Assembly (NCBI GenBank): GCA_963779805.1
Contig: CAVZZN010000016.1
Span: 304,584-368,583, forward strand
DNA: 64,000 bases
From: an uncultured beta proteobacterium
GTDB taxonomy: Bacteria > Pseudomonadota > Gammaproteobacteria > Burkholderiales > Casimicrobiaceae
Reading direction: 5' to 3'
Shown: positions 9,633 through 20,094 of the stretch, piece after piece
Numbering within the stretch: position 1 is the stretch's first letter
How the letters are laid out: each line of letters begins with the position of its first letter
The notes under the pieces: model-generated
Database searches by the model: none
Told to the model about the DNA's origin: nothing
Seen by the model: the letters and a program-made list of their open reading frames with translations, nothing else
Translations under genes and position numbers: made by a program

Positions 9633-11406
9633 TCATGGCTGTCTCGGCTCGAGATCGAGATATTGCCACTCCGCATGCAGGATGGGGTGCTTCTTGAATC
9701 CCTTGACCCACGGCCGGATGAGGTTATTGCGCATGCGCGACACGCCGAGGCGCCAGGCGCCGTCGACTTCCATCTGCCGCGTCATGTCGAGGTAGAGGTG
9801 GTTGCGTTCCGGCGAGTCGGGCAGGCGCAGCGCCTTCTCGTAGAGCGCGTCGAAGGCCTTCGACTCGTAGCAGCCGTTGTTGCTCTGGCCGGTGTTGGGT
9901 CCGTAGAGCAGCTGCATGAAGTTCTCGCCGTCCGGATAGTCGGCCGTCCAGGCCTGCCCCCAGATCTGCAGCTTGCAGGCCTTGGCGGCCTTCACGTTGT
10001 CGGCGAACTTCGACGCGTCGAACTGCACGCGCACGTGGATGCGGTCGAGCGAGCGTTGCCACACTTCGTCGAATTCGCGGCCGAGGCTCCCCGTTTCCGT
10101 CGCGATGTGCAGCAGCAGCGGCTTGCCGTCGGGGAGCGTGCGCCAGCCGTCGGCACCGACCTTGTAGCCGAAACGGTCGAGCAGCTTGTTCGCGAGATCC
10201 GGGTCGTACTGGTTGATGCTGCGGTAGCGCCGATCGTGCCCCACCACGCCCTCCGGAATGGGCATCTCGACGTGCACCGCGAGTCCGCGACGCGCCACCT
10301 TGATCTCCGCGTCGATGTCGTAGGCCATGATCAGCGCGCGCCGCAGCGCGATCTTCTCCTTCGAGAAGCCGCCGACGATCGGATCGCGGAAATTGAACGC
10401 GGTGTACGTGATCTCGGGATCGAGCGCCTGATAGAGCGACACGCCCTGCCGCGCGAGATCGGGCAGCAGGCCGTTCTCGTCGTCGAGGGCGCGCTCGCGG
10501 AAGCTGGGCGGCAGGTTGATGTAGTCGAGCTCGCGGTTCTCGAACGAGAGCCACACCGATTGCGGCTCGTCCATGATGCTGATCTCGATGCGGCCGATCT
10601 GCGGCATCGACTTGCCCTTCATCGCGGCGACGAGCGTGTCGTCCCACGGATGATCGGTCGCCGCGAAGTCCCACGTGAAGCCGCGATACGCCGGATTGGC
10701 GACGAGGACGATCTTGGCCGCGCGCGTCCACTCCTTGAGCATGTACGGCCCCGTGCCCACGGGATGCGCCATGGAGTCGTCGTAGCCTTCGATCACCTCG
10801 CGCGCGACCGCGCCGTAGCTCGTGTGCGCGACCTTGAACGGGAAGTTGTAGTCGGTCTCGCGCAGGCGGAAGCGCAGCGTGTAGCGGTCGATGACCTCGA
10901 TGCCCGGCACCTTCGCGTCGTAGTCGAAGCGCCCGCTCTTCTCGGCCTTGGCGCCGAGCTCCTTCAGGCCGATGATGCCGTCGAGCATGAAGGCGTAAGG
11001 CGAGCGGTTCTTCGGATCGTAGAACCGCATCAGGCTGTACACGAAGTCCTGCGCGACGAGCTCGCGCCGGCGCGCCCTTGAACACGGGATCCGGCGCGAA
11101 GTAGATGCCCTTGCGCAGGCGGAACGTGAACGTGCGGCCTTCGTCCGCGATCTCGGGCATCGCCTCGGCGGCCATGGGCACGAGCTTGGCCGGACGCGCG
11201 AGATAGTCGTAGGTCAGCAGGCGCTCGAAGATGACTTCGCAGATCGAGCCGGAGTACGTGTCGCTCGTGCGCGCGGGGTCGAAGCCCGTCTCGGCCGCGG
11301 GGAAATACACGCGCAGCACCTTGTTCGGATCCGCTGCGGCGTGCGCCGGACTCGAAATCGCCAGCGCGAGAAGCAGCGCAAGGACGCCTGCCAGCGCGGC
11401 CGGCAT
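9633..11406 (-). CDS. ABC transporter substrate-binding protein, family 5, paralogous copy 2; frame broken near 11075
   Basis: The ATG at 11406 is followed by a signal peptide (MPAALAGVLALLLALAISSPAHA). The N-part lies in the ORF 9724..12165 frame and the C-part in ORF 9633..11042. The protein is clearly similar to copy 1 (AETGFDP...LLTYDYLARP.KLVP..AEAMPE). Confidence 0.85.
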
Positions 11407-11563
11407 CCCCCGGACTTTCAGCACACTCCCATCTCCATTCCGCAGCTCCCTATGGTATGAAGGGCCCGCGCGGGGCGGCGTAATGTACCATCTTCCCGCT
11501 GCGCGGCGCCGCCCGACGAAGCCGTTGTCCACGACTGCGCGTCCGCACCGATTTCCGCCTGCC

Positions 11564-12319
11564 ATGCGCCCTCCCGATTCGCTGCATCCGCTCCCGCCGT
11601 CCTCGTCGGTCTGCGTCGACGGGCACGCACGGCAGCCGCATGCCGCGAAGCCCGCCCTGTCGCGGGCGAAGCCCTTGAGGCCCGCGTACTGGGACGAGGC
11701 GTCCCGCCAGCTCGCGCGCGGCGACAAGGTGCTCGGGCGCATCATCCGCCGCCACCCCGACGTGCATCTGAAGCGGCGAAGCGATCCGTTCACCACGCTC
11801 GCGCGCGCGATCGTCGGCCAGCAGATCTCGGTCAAGGCAGCGGACACGATCTGGTGGCGACTGGTGGCGAGCGTCGCGCCGACCGCGCGGCGGACCGGGT
11901 TTCCGCGCCTCGATCCCGCGCGCGTGCTGGCACTCGACGGCGCCGCCCTGCGCGCGGCCGGGCTCTCGCAAGGCAAGGCCGCGTACCTGCGCGATCTCGC
12001 CGGCCACTTCGACAGCGGCAGGCTCGATCCGCGGCAATGGCGCCGCCTCGACGACGAGTCGCTCATCCTGCTGCTGACGGACGTCAAGGGCATTGGCCGC
12101 TGGACCGCCGAAATGTTCCTGATCTTCCACGAGCTTCGGCAGGACGTGTTCCCGGTCGACGACATCGGCCTGCAGCGCGCCGTGGCGTTGCACTACAACG
12201 ACGGGGAGCGGATGGCGCGCAAGGCGCTGCGCACGTTCGGCGAGCGCTGGCAGCCCTACCGCAGCGTCGCGACGTGGTACCTCTGGCGCTCGCTCGATCC
12301 CGTGCCGGTGGAGTACTGA
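11564..12319 (+). CDS. HhH-GPD DNA glycosylase (3-methyladenine glycosylase II / AlkA-like, short form)
   Basis: The gene lies inside ORF 11231..12319. It carries the helix-hairpin-helix region VKGIGRWTAEMFLIF followed by a catalytic-type Asp (FPVDDIGLQRA). The start is uncertain, at ATG 11564 or upstream. Confidence 0.75.
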   Translation: MRPPDSLHPLPPSSSVCVDGHARQPHAAKPALSRAKPLRPAYWDEASRQLARGDKVLGRIIRRHPDVHLKRRSDPFTTLARAIVGQQISVKAADTIWWRLVASVAPTARRTGFPRLDPARVLALDGAALRAAGLSQGKAAYLRDLAGHFDSGRLDPRQWRRLDDESLILLLTDVKGIGRWTAEMFLIFHELRQDVFPVDDIGLQRAVALHYNDGERMARKALRTFGERWQPYRSVATWYLWRSLDPVPVEY

Positions 12320-12375
12320 CCGTTCGACCCGGGTCGGCGACCGGGCGGGTCGGGGCTTGGGCGCACAATGTCGGC

Positions 12376-13384
12376 GTGAACGACGAGCACGCTCCTCCCT
12401 ACGCCGGGCTGACGCCCGATTGCGTCCTCGACGCGCTGCAATCCGTCGGTCTCGACGGCGACGGGCGCCTGCTCGCGCTCAACAGCTACGAGAACCGGGT
12501 CTATCGCGCCTCGATCGAGGATGCGGCGCCGGTCGTCGTCAAGTTCTATCGCCCCGATCGCTGGACCGACGCCCAGATCCTGGAAGAGCACGCGTTCGTT
12601 GCGCAGCTCGACGGCGCCGAGATTCCGGTCGTCGCTGCCGCTCGCGCTGTCGTCGTGCGAGCCGCCCGGCGATCGCTCCACGCTGCAGCGCCACGCCGGC
12701 TTTCGCTTCGCGGTGTATCCCAACCGCGGCGGCCGCGCGCCCGAGCTCGAGGATCCCGCGACGCTGGAATGGATCGGCCGGTTCATCGGGCGCATCCATG
12801 CCGTCGGCGCCGCGCAGCCGTTCGCGGCGCGCCCGGCGCTCGAGGTCGAGACCTTCGGCCGCGAGCCGCGCGATTATCTGCTCGCGAACGGCTTCCTGCC
12901 GCCGGACCTCGAGCCCGCGTATCGCACCGCCGTCGACCTCGCGCTCGAGGGCGTGCGGCATTGCGAAACGCGCGCCGGGCACGTCAAACGCCTGCGGCTG
13001 CACGGCGACTGCCACGCCGGCAACATCCTGTGGACCGACGCGGGACCGCACTTCGTGGACTTCGACGACAGCCGCATGGGCCCTGCCGTGCAGGACCTCT
13101 GGATGCTGCTCGCGGGCGAGCGCAGCGAGATGAACGCGCAGCTCGGCGCGGTGCTGCGCGGCTACGAGCGCTTCTGCGCCTTCGACCGCAGCGAGCTGCA
13201 TCTCGTCGAGGCATTGCGCACCTTGCGTCTCATCCACTATGCGGCGTGGATCGCGCGGCGCTGGGACGATCCGGCGTTTCCGGCGGCGTTCCCGTGGTTC
13301 AACACCCAGCGCTACTGGCAGGAACGCATCCTGGAATTGCGCGAGCAGATCGCGCTGATGCAGGAGCCCCCGCTCGAGCCCTGA
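12376..13384 (+). CDS. srkA: Stress-response Ser/Thr kinase SrkA/RdoA (YihE family); frame broken near 12645
   Basis: GTG start at 12376. The N-part (LNSYENRVYRA...VVKFYRPDRW) lies in the ORF 11854..13449 frame. The APH-like kinase core lies in ORF 12521..13384 (RLHGDCHAGNILW, VDFDDSRMGPAVQDLWML). Confidence 0.8.
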
Positions 13385-13415
13385 TCGGCCGTTCGCGCAA
13401 AGCGCGTGAATTGGC

Positions 13416-13448
13416 CAGTCGTTCGGAACGAATTGCTCCGAACGACTG
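13416..13448. terminator. Perfect 12-bp hairpin between convergent srkA and lolD (bidirectional terminator candidate)
   Basis: The stem cagtcgttcgga / tccgaacgactg encloses a 9-nt loop. It lies 32 nt after the srkA stop and 17 nt after the lolD stop. There is no clear U-tract. Confidence 0.55.
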
Positions 13449-13464
13449 ACGCAGGGTGTTGAAC

Positions 13465-14160
13465 TCATCTCAGCTTGCCGTCGACCAGATGCAGCGTGCG
13501 ATCCGTGCGCGCGGCGAGCTCCGGGTCGTGCGTGACGATCACGAGGCTCGTGCCGACCGCGCGGTTGAGCTCCAGCATGAGCTCGAAGACCTGCGCCGCC
13601 GTACGGCGATCGAGGTTGCCCGTAGGCTCGTCCGCCAGCACGCAGCGCGGCTGCGTGACGAGGGCCCGTGCCAGCGCCACGCGCTGGCGTTCGCCGCCCG
13701 ACAGCTCGCCGGGCAGATGCCGTACGCGATGGCCGAGGCCCACGCGCTCGAGGATGGCGCCCGCCGCCGCGCGCGCCTCGCGCTCGGGCTCGCGCCGGAT
13801 CACGAGCGGCATCGCGACGTTCTCGAGCGCGGTGAACTCCGGCAGCAGGTGATGGAACTGGTAGATGAACCCGAGCGCGCGATTGCGCGTGAGGCCGCGC
13901 TGCGCTTCGTCGAGTCCGCTCAAGGCGACGCCGTCGATCAGCACCTCGCCCGCGGTGGGCGCGTCGAGGCCGCCGAGAAGATGCAGGAGCGTGCTCTTCC
14001 CCGATCCGGACGCGCCGACGATCGCCACCCGCTCGCCGTGCGCCACCGCGAGATCGACGCCGGTCAGCACCTGCACCTCGAGCGGACCGCTGCGATACGT
14101 CTTGGCGAGACCCCGGCACTCGACGACGGGAGCGCCGGCGGCCGCGGACGCCTCATTCAT
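13465..14160 (-). CDS. lolD: Lipoprotein-releasing ABC transporter ATP-binding protein LolD
   Basis: Intact 231-aa ORF with Walker [10 protein letters not shown], signature [15 protein letters not shown] and Walker [11 protein letters not shown]. It overlaps the upstream lolC/E-type permease by 8 nt. Confidence 0.9.
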   Translation of the reverse strand: MNEASAAAGAPVVECRGLAKTYRSGPLEVQVLTGVDLAVAHGERVAIVGASGSGKSTLLHLLGGLDAPTAGEVLIDGVALSGLDEAQRGLTRNRALGFIYQFHHLLPEFTALENVAMPLVIRREPEREARAAAGAILERVGLGHRVRHLPGELSGGERQRVALARALVTQPRCVLADEPTGNLDRRTAAQVFELMLELNRAVGTSLVIVTHDPELAARTDRTLHLVDGKLR

Positions 14161-15402
14161 AGCGCAACGCCTCCGCGGGATTGACGCGCGCGGCGCGCCA
14201 GGCCGGATACAGCGTCGCGAGCAACGCCAGCACCAGCGCGATCGCCGCGATCGTGATGACGTCGCCGCGCTGCAGGTCCGAGGGCAGCTCGCTGATGTAG
14301 TACACCGACTTGTCCAGGAACTGGATGCCGAACGTGCGCTCGATCGCGGGCACGACGACGCCGATGTTGAGTGCGAGCAGCACCCCGCCGATCACGCCGA
14401 TGGCGGTGCCGATCAAGCCGATGAGCGCGCCCTGGATCACGAAGATCGTCAGGATGGAACGAGGCGATGCGCCGAGCGTGCGCAGGATGGCGATGTCCGC
14501 CTGCTTGTCGGTGACCGTCATGACCTGCGCCGAGACGATGTTGAACGCGGCGACCGCGATGATCAGCGTGAGGATGATGAACATCACGCGCTTCTCGATC
14601 TGCACCGCGCGAAAGAAGTTGGCGTGGCTGCGCGTCCAGTCGCGCACGTCCACGTCGGCGGGGAGCACGCGCAGCAGGTCGCGCGCGACCTCGGGCGCGG
14701 CGAACATGTCGTCGAGCTTCAGGCGCACGCCGGACACGCCGTCGAGGCGATAGAGCACGCGCGCGTCGTCGATGTTGATGAGGGCGAGACCGCTGTCGAA
14801 CTCGAACATGCCGATCTCGAAGATGCCCACCACGCGAAAGCTCTTCAGGCGCGGCAGCATGCCTGCCGCCGTGACGTTGCCCTGGGGCGTGATCACCACG
14901 ACGGTGTCGCCGCGCGTGACGCCGAGCGCGCGTGCGAGCTCGGCGCCCAGCACGATGCCGAACGCGCCGGGCCGCAGGTCGGCGAGCGTGCCCGACGCGC
15001 ATGTGCGAGCCGATGTCCGCCACGCCCTCCTCCTTGGCGGGATCGACGCCGCGCACGATCGCGCCCCGGTTCACGTCGCCCGTCGACAGCATCGCCTGTC
15101 CGGCGACGTAGGGAGCGGCCGCTCTTCACGTGCGGATTGCGCAATGCGATCGCCGCGATCTCGGCATCGTTCTTCAGCACCGGCATGCCCTGGATCTCCA
15201 CGTGCGAAGCGACGGCGAGGATGCGGTTGCGCAGCTCCTGCTGGAATCCGTTCATGACCGACAGCACGACGATCAGCGCCGCGACGCCGAGCGCGATGCC
15301 CGACATCGACGTGAGGGCGATGAACGAGATGAACGAGTTGCGACCCGAGCCGCGGCGCGCACGGGTGTAGCGCAGGCCGACGGCGAGCTCGTACGGTGAC
15401 AT
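14153..15402 (-). CDS. Lipoprotein-releasing system permease LolC/LolE family; frame breaks near 14995 and 15115
   Basis: The text [17 protein letters not shown]...[17 protein letters not shown], then [23 protein letters not shown], then the FtsX-type C-terminus ([24 protein letters not shown]...[14 protein letters not shown]) is spread over three frames. Confidence 0.85.
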
Positions 15403-15596
15403 CTAGCGTCCGGGCGCGCCGCCGGCGATGAAGATCGGCATGAGAGGGGTGTGGCGGGAAGGCAGCAAGTTGAAGCATTATCTCATCCTCGCCTTCGCGT
15501 CCCCGCGCATGCAGCGCTGCCAGGATGCGATCGCGGTCGAACACCGTCCCGCCCGAAGCACAAGCACCCACGCCGGCTCGCCGCGCCCTCTCTTCG

Positions 15597-16601
15597 ATGC
15601 ACATCACGCTGGTCCTGCCCGAGCTCGCGACCGCACTCGCGCGCGACGATGCTCCCGCGAAGGCGCCGTCGCTCGCGCGGATCGTCGGCCGCGGCGCGTT
15701 GCGCGTCGAGCCGGAAGGATGGGCGGCGGCGCTCGCGCCCCTCTACGGCGTCGCGCGCCAGCAGGACTGGCCGCTCGCGCCGCTGCGCGCGCTGCGCCAC
15801 GGCCTCGATCCCGGCGGTGCGTACTGGCTGCACGTCACGCCGGTGACGATGGTGCCCGGCCGCGACGACGTGCGTATCGCAGGCGCCGCCACGGCCCTCG
15901 CGGCAGAGGATGCGCAGGCCTTGCTCGCCGTGCTGAATCCGCACTTCGCGCCCGATGGTCTCGCGTTGCTCCCGCTCGCGCCCGACGAGTGGCTCGCGCG
16001 CCTCGCCCGTGCGCCATCGCTTCTCACGCGTGCGCTCGAAACGGTGGTGGGGGAGCCGCTGCGGCCGCTGCTACCGACCGGGAACGACGCCGGCGAGTGG
16101 CGGCGCTGGGAGCAGGAGATGCAGATGCTGCTGCATGCGCATCCGGTCAACGCGGCGCGCGAAGCGGCCGGCAATGCGCCCGTGAACGGCCTCTGGTTCG
16201 ACGAAGGCGGAATCCTCCCGGCCCCCTCGGCGCGTGCCGACGTCGCCACGTTCGGCGCCGATGCGCGCATCGCCGCCCTCGCCCGCTTCAACGGGGCCGA
16301 CGCGGTGCCCCCGCCGTCATCGCTCGACACCGTGCTCGCGGCGAGCGCCGTGCGCGAGCGCGCGGTGATCGTGCCCGGGATCGCCGACATCGCCGCGCTC
16401 GATGCGGCGTTCGCGCGTCCCGCGGACGCGGCGTTGCGCAGCGGCACGGTCGCGAGCGTCGCGATCATGACCGCGCTCGCGCGAGGACGGATCGCGACGT
16501 GGACCGCGGGCGCCCCGCGCATGCTGGAGCGTGTCTTCGGCGCGCGAGCGGGCGACTTGCGCACGCTCGTGCACGCGGCGCTCGGCGTGGCGCAGCGATG
16601 A
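15597..16601 (+). CDS. Conserved hypothetical protein, translationally coupled to recJ
   Basis: ATG at 15597 (MHITLVLPELA...) inside ORF 15525..16601. The composition is ordinary rather than the Arg/Pro-rich shadow type. Its stop overlaps the recJ ATG at 16598. I do not recognise the family with confidence. Confidence 0.6.
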   Translation: MHITLVLPELATALARDDAPAKAPSLARIVGRGALRVEPEGWAAALAPLYGVARQQDWPLAPLRALRHGLDPGGAYWLHVTPVTMVPGRDDVRIAGAATALAAEDAQALLAVLNPHFAPDGLALLPLAPDEWLARLARAPSLLTRALETVVGEPLRPLLPTGNDAGEWRRWEQEMQMLLHAHPVNAAREAAGNAPVNGLWFDEGGILPAPSARADVATFGADARIAALARFNGADAVPPPSSLDTVLAASAVRERAVIVPGIADIAALDAAFARPADAALRSGTVASVAIMTALARGRIATWTAGAPRMLERVFGARAGDLRTLVHAALGVAQR

Positions 16602-18304
16602 TGCAGATCGTTCGCCGCGACGTTCCCGCCGCAGCGCAGGCGCTGATCGCGGCCGGCATGCATCCGGTGCTCGCGCGCATCTACGCCGCCCGCGGCATCG
16701 GCGGTGTCGCGGAGCTCGACCAGAATCTCGCGACGCTTCCTTCGTTCGATTCGCTCCTCGGCATCGAGGCCGCCGCCGAGCGCCTGGCGCGCGCGGTCGA
16801 GCACGGCGAGCGCATCGTGATCGTCGCCGACTACGACGCCGATGGCGCGACGGCGTGCGCGGTGGCCGTGCGCGGCTTGCGCGCACTCGGCGCGGACGTC
16901 GACTTCGTGGTGCCGAACCGGTTCGAGTACGGCTACGGCCTCACGCCGGAAATCGTGCGCGAGGCGGCTGCCCGCGCGCCACGGCTTCTCGTCACCGTCG
17001 ACAACGGCATCGCGAGCCACGACGGCGTTGCGGCGGCGGCGGCGCTTCGCATCGACGTCGTCGTCACCGATCACCACCTGCCCGGCCCCACGCTGCCGGC
17101 GCCGGCCTGGATCGTGAATCCGAACCAGCCGGGCTGCGGCTTCCCGTCCAAGCACCTCGCCGGCGTCGGCGTGATGTTCTACGTCCTGCTCGCCACGCGG
17201 GCGGTGCTGCGCGCGCGCGGCCGCTTCGCCGGACGGCGGACCCAACCTTGCCGGCCTGCTCGATCTGGTCGCGCTCGGCACCGTTGCCGACGTCGTGCGC
17301 CTCGATCGCGTCAACCGCACGCTCGTCGCGCAGGGGCTCGCCCGCATCCGCGCCGGCCGCGCCCACCCCGGCGTGCTCGCGCTCTTCGCCGCGGCCGGGC
17401 GCGATCCGAGCCGCGCCACGGCGTACGAGCTCGGATTCGTCGCCGGGCCGCGTCTCAATGCGGCGGGGCGTCTCGCCGACATGGCGCTCGGCATCCGCTG
17501 CCTGCTGGCGCAAAGCGCGGCGGAGGCGCTGCCGCTCGCCGCCGAGCTCGATCGCCTCAATCGCGAACGCCGCGACGTGGAGGCGCAGATGCACGCCGCC
17601 GCGCTGGCCGATCTCGACGCGCGCACGGACGGCGAGAGCGTCGCCGAGGACGCCTGGACCGTGTGCCTGCACCGTGCCGAGTGGCACCCGGGCGTGATCG
17701 GCATCGTGGCCTCGCGCCTCAAGGACCGCCTGCACCGCCCGGCGGTGGTGTTCGCCCGCGGAACCGCGACGGAGCTCAAGGGCTCGGGCCGCTCGATTGC
17801 CGGATTCCACCTGCGCGACGCGCTGGATCTCGTCGCCAAGCGCTGCCCGGGCGTGGTCCTGCGCTTTGGCGGACACGCGTTCGCCGCGGGGCTCTCGATC
17901 GCCGAGGACGGCCTGCCCCGCTTCGCCGCCGCGTTCGAGGCGATCGCCCGCGAGCAGCTCTCGCCGGCCCAGCTCAAGCGCAGCCTGGAGAGCGACGGTG
18001 CGCTCGCGCCCGGGCGAGCTCGACCTCGACCTCGCGCTCCGGATTCGCGATGCGGTCTGGGGACAGGGCTTCCCTGCGCCGGTCTTCGACGACGTGTTCG
18101 CGGTGGCCGGTCAGCGCATCGTCGGCGAGCGCCATTCGCGGCTCGCCCTCGACCCGGGGCGGCGAGCGCTTCGAGGCGATCCTGTTCAACCATGTCGAGG
18201 CCCTGCCTGCGACCATCCGCGCAGCCTACCGGCCCGAGGTCAACGAGTGGAACGGCAGCGCGGCGATCCAGCTCGTCGTCGAGCACTGGTCTGCGGTCGC
18301 GTAG
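16598..18304 (+). CDS. recJ: Single-stranded-DNA-specific exonuclease RecJ; frame breaks near 17235, 18012 and 18153
   Basis: DHH motifs are present (IVIVADYDADGATA, VVVTDHH), as is DHHA1 (RFGGHAFAAGLS). The pieces lie in the frames of ORFs 15428..18304, 17295..18446 and 17797..18396. The breaks at 18012 and 18153 are repaired by removing one base from GGG and CCC runs. Confidence 0.9.
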   Translation: MMQIVRRDVPAAAQALIAAGMHPVLARIYAARGIGGVAELDQNLATLPSFDSLLGIEAAAERLARAVEHGERIVIVADYDADGATACAVAVRGLRALGADVDFVVPNRFEYGYGLTPEIVREAAARAPRLLVTVDNGIASHDGVAAAAALRIDVVVTDHHLPGPTLPAPAWIVNPNQPGCGFPSKHLAGVGVMFYVLLATRAVLRARGRFAGRRTQPCRPARSGRARHRCRRRAPRSRQPHARRAGARPHPRRPRPPRRARALRRGRARSEPRHGVRARIRRRAASQCGGASRRHGARHPLPAGAKRGGGAAARRRARSPQSRTPRRGGADARRRAGRSRRAHGRRERRRGRLDRVPAPCRVAPGRDRHRGLAPQGPPAPPGGGVRPRNRDGAQGLGPLDCRIPPARRAGSRRQALPGRGPALWRTRVRRGALDRRGRPAPLRRRVRGDRPRAALAGPAQAQPGERRCARARASSTSTSRSGFAMRSGDRASLRRSSTTCSRWPVSASSASAIRGSPSTRGGERFEAILFNHVEALPATIRAAYRPEVNEWNGSAAIQLVVEHWSAVA

Positions 18305-18430
18305 GCACCGGCCCGCCCTCCCCCACGCCCGCCGCCGCTTCGGCTGGATTTCGGCCAAGGGTTGCCCGCCGTGCGACGCACCTGCAGCACGGGTAGGCGA
18401 AACGTTCCCTGTCAGCGGCCGGCGCGACTG

Positions 18431-18462
18431 GCATCGATTGCCGTAAGCCATTGATGCTTTTA
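18431..18462 (+). terminator. Rho-independent terminator candidate downstream of recJ
   Basis: The stem gcatcgat / attgatgc (8 bp with one G-U pair) encloses an 11-nt loop and is followed by tttta. Confidence 0.5.
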
Positions 18463-18508
18463 TGGGACTGCGTGCGCGACCTTTTGGGAACGCCGGTGCA
18501 GGCACAGG

Positions 18509-18536
18509 TTGTGCATTGCACCAACGTCGCTATAAT
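18509..18536 (+). promoter_or_regulatory. Sigma70-type promoter (TTGTGC-N16-TATAAT) overlapped by a palindromic operator-like motif TTGTGCATTGCACCAA
   Basis: TATAAT lies at 18531-18536, 49 nt upstream of the SDR start. The -35 region is embedded in GTGCA-T-TGCAC. The 16-mer is 15/16 identical to a motif in the phasin/phaR intergenic region (31416-31431). Confidence 0.55.
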
Positions 18537-18584
18537 GCGTGGGTTCTGCGCCGCACTCGCGGCGCCATCATCGGAGGCGCTGTC

Positions 18585-19326
18585 ATGCGGTTAGTGGACA
18601 AGGTCGCGATCATCACCGGTGCCGGCCAGGGCATCGGCCTCGCGACGGCCGTCAAGTTCGCGCACGAAGGCGCGAAAGTCGCGGCCTGCGACATCAACGA
18701 GGCCGCCGCCAAGGCTGCCGCAGCCTCCATCACACGAGGCCGGCGGCGAAGCTATCGCGTTCCGGGTCGACGTCACCGACAAGGAAAGCATCGCGCAGAT
18801 GGTCCAGGGCGTGATGGCCAAGTGGGGCCGGATCGACACCCTGGTCAACAACGCCGGCATCGTCCAGGACGCGCAGTTCAAGAAGATGACCGAGGACCAG
18901 TTCGACCGCGTGATCGACGTCAACCTCAAGGGCGTCTACAACTGCACCAAGGCGGTCGTGAACGTCATGCTCGAGCAGAACTCGGGCTGCATCCTCAACG
19001 CATCGTCGATCGTCGGCCTGTACGGCAATTTCGGCCAGACGAACTACGCCGCGACCAAGTTCGGCGTCATCGGGATGGTCAAGACCTGGGCGCGCGAGCT
19101 GGGACGCAAAGGCATCCGCGCCAATGCGATCTGCCCGGGCTTCGTCGAGACGCCGATCCTCAAGAGCATGCCGGAGAAGGTCATCCGCATGATGGAGGAC
19201 AAGGTGCCGCTCGGCCGGCTCGGCCGGCCGGAGGAGATCGCCGCCACCTATGCCTGGCTCGCGTCCGACGAGGCGAGCTACATCAACGGCGCCGTCATCG
19301 AGGTCTCCGGCGGCGTGACCATCTAG
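18585..19326 (+). CDS. Short-chain dehydrogenase/reductase, FabG / acetoacetyl-CoA-reductase-like; frame broken near 18730
   Basis: GGAGG precedes the ATG at 18585. Motifs present are [17 protein letters not shown], the catalytic YAATK, and the C-terminal [14 protein letters not shown]. Confidence 0.85.
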
Positions 19327-19481
19327 CGCTGCACCCCGCAGCGCATCGGCGCGCACGCCGCGCGTCGTCCGGGGATGTCGCGCCGTCGCAGCGCGGCCCT
19401 GCCTCATCCGCCGCAGGTTGTAGTTGAGCCGGGGGTGCCCGCGCGCTAGCATTGCCGCTTCCCCCTGGATGTCGCCGGACC

Positions 19482-20086
19482 ATGCCCTCCACGATACGCG
19501 CTCGCCCGCATCCCGGGCCGCCTCCTCGCTCCCGCGCTCGTCGGCCTGGCCTGTGCCGTTGCGGCCCCCGCCGCCGCTGCGGTCGAGCGCGCCGACGCGC
19601 CGCCGAAGCCGGAAACCTACCTTTGCCCGCACACCCCCAAGCTCGGGGTGGACTGCTTCCTCGAGGCGGTCGAGCATCTGTATACGATGTGCCGGGTCGT
19701 GAAGAGCATCGAGATCATCGAGTTCGGCTACGACAAGGCCGACGAGGGCACCAACGGCGCGAAGACGCAGTACTGCATCGACAAGCACAAGGCGTCCATT
19801 GCGCGTCCCTTCCAGGCGGCGCTGCGCGAGGCCGCGAAGAGCCGCCCCGCCGTCGCTGCGCTCAAGAGCCTGCACGAGACAGTGGCTGCACGCGCTCGTC
19901 GATCTCAAGTGGCGCCCGCCCGAGACCGACGAGGAATACAAGGGCCGCGTGACCAAGCCGTACGACGACTTCCGCGAGCGCGCGGGTGTGGTCCGCACCG
20001 CGCTCGCGACACCTCCTGCTCCTGCCCGTGCACCCGCACGGGCGACCTCGCATCCGCCGCGCAAGACGGCGAGCGCGCAGCACTGA
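19482..20086 (+). CDS. Hypothetical secreted Cys-containing protein; frame breaks near 19507 and 19878
   Basis: The protein-like text runs across three frames: MPSTIRAR, then a signal-like segment (RIPGRLLAPALVGLACAVAAPAAAA), then ETYLCPHTPKLGVDCFLEAVEHLYTMCRVVKSIEIIEFGYDKADEG..., then WLHALVDLKWRPPETDEEYKGRVTKPYDDFRE. I recognise no family. Confidence 0.5.
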
Positions 20087-20094
20087 TTTCGATC

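Noticed and set aside
15743-18505. Very long ORFs on the opposite strand or in off-frames of real genes. Examples are 15743..18505 (920 aa), 18730..21498 (922 aa), 25658..28126 (822 aa), 5310..7802 (830 aa), 9724..12165 (813 aa) and 55668..58985 (1105 aa).
   Set aside because: Their translations are Arg/Ala/Pro/Gly-rich low-complexity text with no recognisable motifs. They overlap genes with clear family signatures. Such shadow ORFs are expected at this GC content because stop codons are rare. Some contain short genuine segments only because real genes switch frame at indels.
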